Shown: in pieces, positions 57,677 through 64,000 of the stretch
Numbering within the stretch: the first letter of the stretch is position 1
Layout of the letters: each line of letters opens with the position of its first letter
Source of the DNA: an uncultured Dehalococcoidia bacterium
GTDB lineage: Bacteria > Chloroflexota > Dehalococcoidia > Lucifugimonadales > UBA3495
Direction: 5' to 3'
DNA: 64,000 bases
NCBI GenBank assembly: GCA_951812625.1
Contig: CATOSP010000003.1
Coordinates: forward strand, 18,417-82,416
Position numbers and translations under genes: made by a program
Notes under the pieces: generated by a model
The model's database searches: none
What the model saw: only the letters and a program-made list of their open reading frames with translations
Told to the model about the DNA's origin: nothing

Positions 57677-57799
57677 GGATGACCGTACTGGCGCCGGGCT
57701 GCCATTGACTGAGGGTATGGGCTGGCATACAATAGCGCCCTAGCTTGGCAGGACTTGTCTCCACCTGTTGCCGTTTCCCGGTGGAGTCTTTAACAACAG

Positions 57800-57980
57800 T
57801 GAATTCAGCCTGGTGGTGGCCCCGGTGAAGGGGCTTGAAAGGGAAGCCGGTGGGAGTCCGGCGCGGTCCCGCCACTGTAACCGGCGCGGGAAGTGTCCGT
57901 TGCCCTGCAAACCCTGTCTGGGAGGTTGGCAGCGGATGGAATCCCGGGACCGGGAGCCAGGAAACCTGCCTCCAGGCCCG
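57800..57980 (+). ncRNA. Cobalamin riboswitch
   Basis: aaagggaagccggtg..a.tccggcgcggtcccgccactgtaa and the B12 box gagccaggaaacctgcc; P1 gcctgg/ccaggc; upstream of cob genes. Confidence 0.92.
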
Positions 57981-58028
57981 ACTTGATACACTTCGCGGAC
58001 AAAGGGTATGAGTCTTCTCTGGGCAGCC

Positions 58029-58056
58029 GCCCGGCCGTGAAGCCGGGCCTTTTTTG
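58029..58056 (+). terminator. Riboswitch expression-platform terminator
   Basis: gcccggc-cgtgaa-gccgggc-c-tttttt. Confidence 0.8.
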
Positions 58057-58088
58057 TTTCGCCGACTGCATCCGTTTTGGAGGGTAAC

Positions 58089-58487
58089 ATGGTCCAAGGG
58101 AGTAACGTAGTACGCCAGGTGCTCGATGACTGTCAACCCGGCTTCGCCGAGGTGGTGCTGATGCTGGCCAACGCCAGCGCAACCGCCGAGGTGTATACCA
58201 TGTTCGAGGACCTCCAGTTCACCGACGACGGGAAGATTGTGACCTTCATGGCCGCCGACGGGACCCACCTGCACATGCAGATGGACGACGTGCGGGAGAT
58301 GAGGTTCATCCACAACACCAACGCGCAGGGCCTTCCCAGCTATTCGGTGTGGTTCATCGACGAGAACGATGAGCCAATGCTGCGCGTCTACCTGCGCAAG
58401 TCAGATGTTGAAGAGACCAACCCGCCGCGCCACAACCTGTTCATGAGCCTGGTCGACAAGTACGGCGAGAGCATGAAGGTGGCATAG
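58089..58487 (+). CDS. HutX/ChuX/HemS-like tetrapyrrole carrier protein
   Basis: N.SATAEV...THLHMQMDDVREMRF...SYSVWFIDENDEPMLRVYL. Confidence 0.62.
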   Translation: MVQGSNVVRQVLDDCQPGFAEVVLMLANASATAEVYTMFEDLQFTDDGKIVTFMAADGTHLHMQMDDVREMRFIHNTNAQGLPSYSVWFIDENDEPMLRVYLRKSDVEETNPPRHNLFMSLVDKYGESMKVA

Positions 58488-58559
58488 GCGGGACGCCATC
58501 TATCGGGGGCGCCAGGACGCTCCGAAAGGCGGACCGCATCAAGAACGGCCAGGCACAGT

Positions 58560-59323
58560 ATGGTAGTCCGTAACCGGCTGATCCAGCCTCTTGGCATTCG
58601 CGGCGCGAGCCTGTGCCGCGGCGGACACCATTATGTGCTGCGGCTGGATGCCCCCTGCTCGTTCCTCTCCTCAGCCCCGTTGGGCGAAGGTGTCCTGGAG
58701 AGCCGGTGGGTATTGAGCCTGGAGGTAACCCCCGACGCCGACATTTCCTGTCCACAGCAATACCTGTTGGAACGGCCGAAGGCTTCGGCGTTCCTCACGA
58801 TGAGCCGTTCATCGGGCTGCTTACCGCCGTGCGCACTGGGACCTCCAGGTATGCGTCCGGTCGGAGGGCGGCGTGACCGTTGCGACGCTGGCAACCGCAG
58901 GCGTCTCCAACGCTTCCAGCCCGAAGCAGAGGGACGTTGACCCCCGCCGGTGACCCACAACCGCCAAATGGAGCTTCACCCACACCGGGCACCATTAACC
59001 TCGTGACATTGGTTGACGCCGACCTCTCTCCCGGCGCGCTGGTGCGGGCTTCGACGATGGCTACCGAGGCCAAGACCCTGGCATTGGCTGAAGCCGGAGT
59101 AGTAACCCGCAACGGCAGCAAGGCCACTGGCACCTCAACAGACGTTACCGTGGTGGGTCACTCCGGCCAGGGAGTCCACTTCGACTACGCCGGCTCCCCG
59201 ACGCTGGTGGGCTGGCTGGTTGCGGCGACGGCCCACGAGGCGGTTGGCCGGGGTATAGCAGCGTATACCAAGAGGAAGCAGGCCGACAAACAACGCGAAT
59301 CAACAACAGCAACTGCGGGTTGA
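58560..59323 (+). CDS. cbiZ: Adenosylcobinamide amidohydrolase CbiZ (three apparent homopolymer frameshifts)
   Basis: LSSAPLG, IGLLTAV, ATAGVSNA, PGTINL, ATEAK, ATGTSTD spread over three frames. Confidence 0.75.
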
Positions 59324-59360
59324 ATATGAAGGACTGTCACACGTTCCGGGAGAAGTTGTC

Positions 59361-60740
59361 TTGACGCCGACGGTAGTCATTGCCGGTGTGCGCAGCGGGG
59401 TGGGCAAGACCACCATCGCCACCGGGATAATGGGCGCGCTGGCACGCCGGGGAAACCGGGTGCAACCCTTCAAAGGCCGGGCCGGACTATATCGACCCGT
59501 CGTACCATCAACTGGCCTGTGGCGTCCCCTCCCGGAACCTGGACACCTGGCTGCTGCCCCACCCCACGGTGCTTGAGCTCTTCCAGCGGGCCGGGTCCCG
59601 GAGCGACGTTTGCGTCGTAGAGGGTGTGATGGGGGTGTTCGACGGCCATTCCAGCCTGTCCGAGGATGGTTCCACCGCCGAGCTTGCCAAGCTGATTGAC
59701 GCTCCGGTTGTGCTGATTGCCGACGCATCCAAGGTCGCCCGCAGCGTGGCGGCAGAGGTGCTGGGATACCAGCAGTTCGACCCCGACCTGCGAATTGCCG
59801 GGGTGGTCCTGAACGGGGTGGGCGGCCCGCGTCACCTGGAGTTCTGCCAGCCGCAGGTCGAGGCCACCACCGGCCTGCCGGTGCTGGGGTACATGCCCCG
59901 CCGTCCCGACCTGGTGCAGCCGGAGCGTCACCTGGGCCTGATACCCACCGTCGAGGGGACGGTGGCCCGGCAGTGGTACGATACCCTCATCGAACAGGTT
60001 GAGGAGACCATTGACCTGGACGCCATCCTGCGCCTGGCCGCCGGGTCCAACTCTCCCCCTGCCCCGCCGGTGGTGTACCCGGCGGAGGAGGTGCCGAAGC
60101 GCGCCCGCATCGGCGTGGCCCAGGACATGGCGTTCAGCTTCTACTACCAGGACTCGCTGGACCTGCTCGAAGCCTGGGGTGCGGAGATCGTGCCCTTCAG
60201 CCCCATAGAGGACGAGGGCCTGCCGCCGGGGGTTGGAGGTCTCTACCTGGGGGGCGGGTTCCCGGAGCTGTTCGCCAGGGAGCTTTCCGAAAACAGGCCG
60301 ATGCACACCGCCATACGAAACGCTGTGGACCGGGGCGTTCCGGTGTACGCCGAGTGCGGCGGGCTGATGTACCTGGGCGACAGCCTGGCGGACCAGGATG
60401 GGGTTAACCATCCCATGATCGGGCTCATCCCGGCGGCGTCGGGGATGTCCAACGCACGCCTGACCCTGGGCTACCGGGAGGTCGAGGGCGCGGACCGACG
60501 GCCCGCTGCTCCGGGAGGGACAGCGGGTGCGGGGGGCACGAGTTCCACTGGTCAACGCTGGAGCGGGAACCGGACCCGCAGCAGTCGGTCTACCGTGTGG
60601 TGGACCAGGGCAACCGGCCCGACGGTTTCCAGTCGGGCAGCGTCTGGGCATCGTACATCCACATCCACCTGGGCAGCGACCCGTCGCTGGCCCAGCGGTT
60701 CGTCGACGCCTGCGCCGAACATTCGGGTACGGTGGGGTAA
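59361..60740 (+). CDS. cobB: Cobyrinate a,c-diamide synthase (apparent frameshifts)
   Basis: SGVGKTT, PFK/AGPDYIDP, VEGVMG.FDG, ERHLGL, AFSFYY, GGGFPE, YAECGG.MYL, HEFHWS. Confidence 0.85.
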
Positions 60741-60840
60741 AGCCGGTCTTAGTCTCGTCCATTCCCTATACGTGATACATTGATGACAGGGCGTGTCCTG
60801 AAATAGGTTCCCAGTCAATCTCTCCGGAGGTCTACCGGCC

Positions 60841-61420
60841 ATGAGCACGGACGCAAACGCAAGCGCAAAAGAGGAGCCGCAGTCGGTAAAGGGCCCTCGC
60901 ATCAACAAGGGCCTGGTCATCGTCAACACTGGCAACGGCAAGGGCAAGACCACCGCCGCAATGGGGGGTCTTGTTCCGGGCCTGGGGCCGGGATTTCCGG
61001 GTGATCATGCTCCAGTTCATCAAGCACTCGACCGCCAACTTCGGCGAGCAGCGAGCTGCGAAGAAGATCGGCGTGGAGATGCGGGCCATGGGAGACGGGT
61101 TCACCTGGCGCTCCCGTGACCTGGACCAGACCGCCGACCTGGCCCGCGCCCACTGGGAGGACTGCAAGGACATCATCGCGTCCGGGGAGTACGACGTGGT
61201 CGTACTGGACGAGTTCACCTACCCGATGCACTACGGCTGGATACCGGTAGAGGAGGTTCTTGAAGTGCTGGAGAACCGGCCGGAGATGCAGCACGTGATC
61301 ATCACGGGCCGGCACGCTCCGGAAGCCCTGGTTGAGTACGCGGACCTGGTGACCGAGATGAACGTGGTCAAGCACCCCTACCGGGAGGGCATCAAGGCCC
61401 AGCCGGGTATAGAGTTCTAG
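60841..61420 (+). CDS. cobO: Cob(I)yrinate adenosyltransferase (one extra G in a G-run)
   Basis: [50 protein letters not shown]. Confidence 0.88.
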
Positions 61421-61437
61421 CAAGCGGAGATTCCGAC

Positions 61438-61707
61438 ATGAGAGAACCGCACCGTATCGTCGCAGACCGGGAAATCTGCGGCGGCAAACCGACCATACGA
61501 GGCACCCGCATCATGGTGTGGAATATCCTCGGCCAGTTCGCCGGAGGAGCCACAATGGACGACATTCTGAAGGACTATCCGAAGTTGACCAAAGAGGACA
61601 TAGTTGCATCCTTGGAATACGTTATGGACCTGCTGGATGAGGATGCCATAATTTTCCGGGACTGGGGCGATCTTGATACCAGCGCCAATCAGAGTTCTGC
61701 TAGATGA
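61438..61707 (+). CDS. DUF433 antitoxin
   Basis: ICGGKPTIRGTRI..ILKDYPKLTKEDI. Confidence 0.85.
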   Translation: MREPHRIVADREICGGKPTIRGTRIMVWNILGQFAGGATMDDILKDYPKLTKEDIVASLEYVMDLLDEDAIIFRDWGDLDTSANQSSAR

Positions 61708-62065
61708 GAATGTCCAAGTACGTCTGCGGGACTGGCTCCAAGAACGCAAACCCCTGTGGAACGTGTTCCACGTATATGATGTCGGGCTTGAACATCGACC
61801 GGACTCCGAGGTATTTGCATGGGCGCAGGCCAGCGGCTGCCTGATAATTACCTTCGATAAGACCTTTGCCAACGGCCGGGACTTTGAGGTTGGTAGGCAC
61901 TACGGGTTGATACGGTTGAGAATTACGCCTAACAGCTTGGACGTGACCATAGCTGCCCTTGAATCGTTGTTCGAGAAGGTCTACGAAGAGGCGCTGCCGG
62001 GTTCGGAGACTATCGTGAGGAACAACAGTATCCGGGTATTCCTGGGCCTGCCGCTGGAGGAGTGA
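61673..62065 (+). CDS. DUF5615 PIN-like toxin (VapC45-type)
   Basis: VLLDENV, DSEVFAWA, IITFDKTF. Confidence 0.8.
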   Translation: MIPAPIRVLLDENVQVRLRDWLQERKPLWNVFHVYDVGLEHRPDSEVFAWAQASGCLIITFDKTFANGRDFEVGRHYGLIRLRITPNSLDVTIAALESLFEKVYEEALPGSETIVRNNSIRVFLGLPLEE

Positions 62066-62074
62066 AGGAGAGAC

Positions 62075-63163
62075 ATGCCTATTTCGACGCTGATTGACGA
62101 GACCCTGGCCCGCATCGCCCCCCTGAACGGGGAGGCAATGGCGGCGGCGCGCGCCCGCCAGGACACCCTCACCAAGCCCCTGGGCAGCCTGGGGCGGCTG
62201 GAGGACATCTCCATCCTGCTGGCGGGAATGTTCGGCGAGGTCACGCCCAGCATCGGGCGCAAGGCGACCATCCTGGCCGCCGGAGACCACGGCGTTGTCG
62301 AGGAAGGCGTCAGCGCCTACCCGCAGGCCGTGACGCCTCAGATGGTGTTCAACTTCCTCAACGGAGGCGCGGCCATCAACGTGCTTGCCCGTCACGTCGG
62401 GGCGGAGATCGTTATCCTGGACGCCGGAGTCGCCGAAGACCTGCCCCCTAACCCGGCGCTGCGCTCCGTCAAGGTGGGATACGGCACGGCCAACATGGCC
62501 AGGGGACCGGCTATGACCCGCGAGCAGGCCATCCAGTGCCTGGAGACGGGTATCGAGGCCGCCGGGGAACAGATAGCCGAGGGCGCGGACCTGATTGCAT
62601 TCGGAGACATGGGCATCGGCAATACCACTCCTTCAAGCGCCATAACGTCCGTGTTTACCGGTGCAGACCCGTCGGTAACCACCGGGCGAGGCACCGGTCT
62701 GGACGATCCGGGGCTTGAGCGAAAGGCCCAGGTGGTCCGCACTGCCATAGACGTGAACCGTCCTGACCCCGCCGACGGCATGGACGTGCTGACCAAGGTC
62801 GGCGGGTTCGAGATCGGGGTGCTGGCTGGAGCGATGCTGGCCACAGCCGCCGGACGCCGCCCCGCAGTGGTTGACGGGTTCATATCCGGGGCCGCCGCGC
62901 TGATCGCGTGGTCGCTGTCCCCAGCCGCCGCGCAGTACATGATCGCTTCCCACCAGTCGGTGGAGCCGGGGCACCGGCTGGCCCTCGGTCACATGGGGCT
63001 GTCGCCGCTGCTGGACATGGGAATGCGGCTGGGCGAGGGCACCGGCGCGGTGCTGGCCATGCCGATAATCGAGGCCGCCGCACGGTGCCTGTCCGAGATG
63101 GCCACCTTCGCCGATGCCGGTGTGTCGGAGCGCATCGAAGACGAAGACGGCGGCGGGACCTAA
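62075..63163 (+). CDS. cobT: Nicotinate-nucleotide--dimethylbenzimidazole phosphoribosyltransferase
   Basis: LTKPLGSLGRLE, DHGV, GDMGIGNTT, GGFEIG, MRLGEGTGA. Confidence 0.93.
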   Translation: MPISTLIDETLARIAPLNGEAMAAARARQDTLTKPLGSLGRLEDISILLAGMFGEVTPSIGRKATILAAGDHGVVEEGVSAYPQAVTPQMVFNFLNGGAAINVLARHVGAEIVILDAGVAEDLPPNPALRSVKVGYGTANMARGPAMTREQAIQCLETGIEAAGEQIAEGADLIAFGDMGIGNTTPSSAITSVFTGADPSVTTGRGTGLDDPGLERKAQVVRTAIDVNRPDPADGMDVLTKVGGFEIGVLAGAMLATAAGRRPAVVDGFISGAAALIAWSLSPAAAQYMIASHQSVEPGHRLALGHMGLSPLLDMGMRLGEGTGAVLAMPIIEAAARCLSEMATFADAGVSERIEDEDGGGT

Positions 63164-63165
63164 CC

Positions 63166-64000
63166 CTGACCTCCCTCCTGCTGGCCCTAAGCTTCCTGAC
63201 CGTATGTCCCGCGCCCAGACTGAGAAGGGACGATGAAGGCGACGGTGGCGCGCCGGGTCAGAGGGCCATCAGCAACTCCCGCGCCTGGTATCCGGTGGTG
63301 GGCCTGCTCATTGGCCTGGTGTTGGCGGGCGTGGAATTGGGCTGTTCCAGGGTATTTCCCGTCCCGCTCACCGCCGCCATCCTGCTGGCAGTCACCACCG
63401 TCGTCACCCGCGCCCTGCACCTGGACGGACTGATGGACGTCTGCGATGGGGTTTTCGGCGGCGGCTCACCGGAACGCCGGCTCGAAATCATGAAAGACCC
63501 CCGTGTGGGCGCGTTCGGCGTGGCGGGCGGCGTCACTATTCTGTTACTGAAATACGGCGCACTGGTGTCCTTGCTGGACCCGAGACTGGCTCCAACTACC
63601 GCAATGGGAGCCACCGCATTGCTGAAGGCCGTCCATCTGGCCTTGCCATCGGCGGCGTGGGTGCTCCTCCTCTTTCCGGCGCTCTCCCGTTGGGCAATGG
63701 TGGTCGCGCTCGGGGCATTCCCGTATGCCAGGAGCAGCGGGCTTGGGTCGCCGTTTCATCAAGGGGGCGCAAGGTTGGCCACCGTCTTCGCCGGGGTGAT
63801 GGCGCTTGCTGCGAGCTTCCTCCTGGGGGGCCCCTTCGGGGTTGCGCTCCTGGTAGGGGTGACGGTGCTGGCGTTGGGTCTCGGGTGGGCTATGACCAGG
63901 GCGCTTGGGGGGCTGACAGGGGACAGCTACGGCGCGATCAATGAAATCTCGGAAGTAGTGGTGCTGGCAGCCGCCGCTGCTCTCGCCATATATGGCTGGC
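63166..64000 (+). CDS. cobS: Cobalamin synthase CobS (runs off the window; probable CTG start)
   Basis: ALSFLT, LHLDGLMDVCDG, RRLEIMKDPRVGAFG, GGLTGDSYGAINE in one open frame. Confidence 0.9.
   Translation, partial: MTSLLLALSFLTVCPAPRLRRDDEGDGGAPGQRAISNSRAWYPVVGLLIGLVLAGVELGCSRVFPVPLTAAILLAVTTVVTRALHLDGLMDVCDGVFGGGSPERRLEIMKDPRVGAFGVAGGVTILLLKYGALVSLLDPRLAPTTAMGATALLKAVHLALPSAAWVLLLFPALSRWAMVVALGAFPYARSSGLGSPFHQGGARLATVFAGVMALAASFLLGGPFGVALLVGVTVLALGLGWAMTRALGGLTGDSYGAINEISEVVVLAAAAALAIYGW

Noticed and set aside
1-64000. Classical integron or IS elements explaining the cassettes
   Set aside because: No IntI, transposase or canonical attC (RYYYAAC...GTTRRRY) sites were recognised.

Overview
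High-GC bacterial chromosomal DNA. The gene repertoire (TcuA-like flavoprotein, duplicated MFS carriers, CoA-transferase III/MaoC genes, a UGSC-type selenoprotein, several Uma2 and PaREP1-like genes, a corrinoid salvage operon) suggests Chloroflexota/Dehalococcoidia such as SAR202; this is inference. Core metabolic genes with strongly C/G-ending codons are separated at almost every junction by small, lower-GC accessory cassettes: TA pairs, orphan antitoxins next to truncated toxins, and nuclease/defence-like genes. Several cassettes are bracketed by direct copies of short local non-coding elements. Main highlights: (1) a host-like phage packaging module (unannotated Zn-ribbon gene, terminase, HK97-type portal) behind a promoter that is immediately followed by an intrinsic terminator, with no other phage genes in the window; (2) a DUF3800 gene faced by a convergently transcribed ~85-nt two-hairpin RNA with its own sigma70-type promoter and U-tract; (3) a split ORF that is probably one 550-aa selenoprotein (U-G-T-C) with a SECIS-like hairpin; (4) a dispersed 33-bp repeat flanking an inserted gene; (5) two copies of an uncharacterised partner + ART-like two-gene module; (6) a cobalamin riboswitch ahead of hutX-like/cbiZ/cobB/cobO/cobT/cobS, where homopolymer frameshifts are probably sequencing errors. 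All family calls come from motif recognition by eye, not from database searches.
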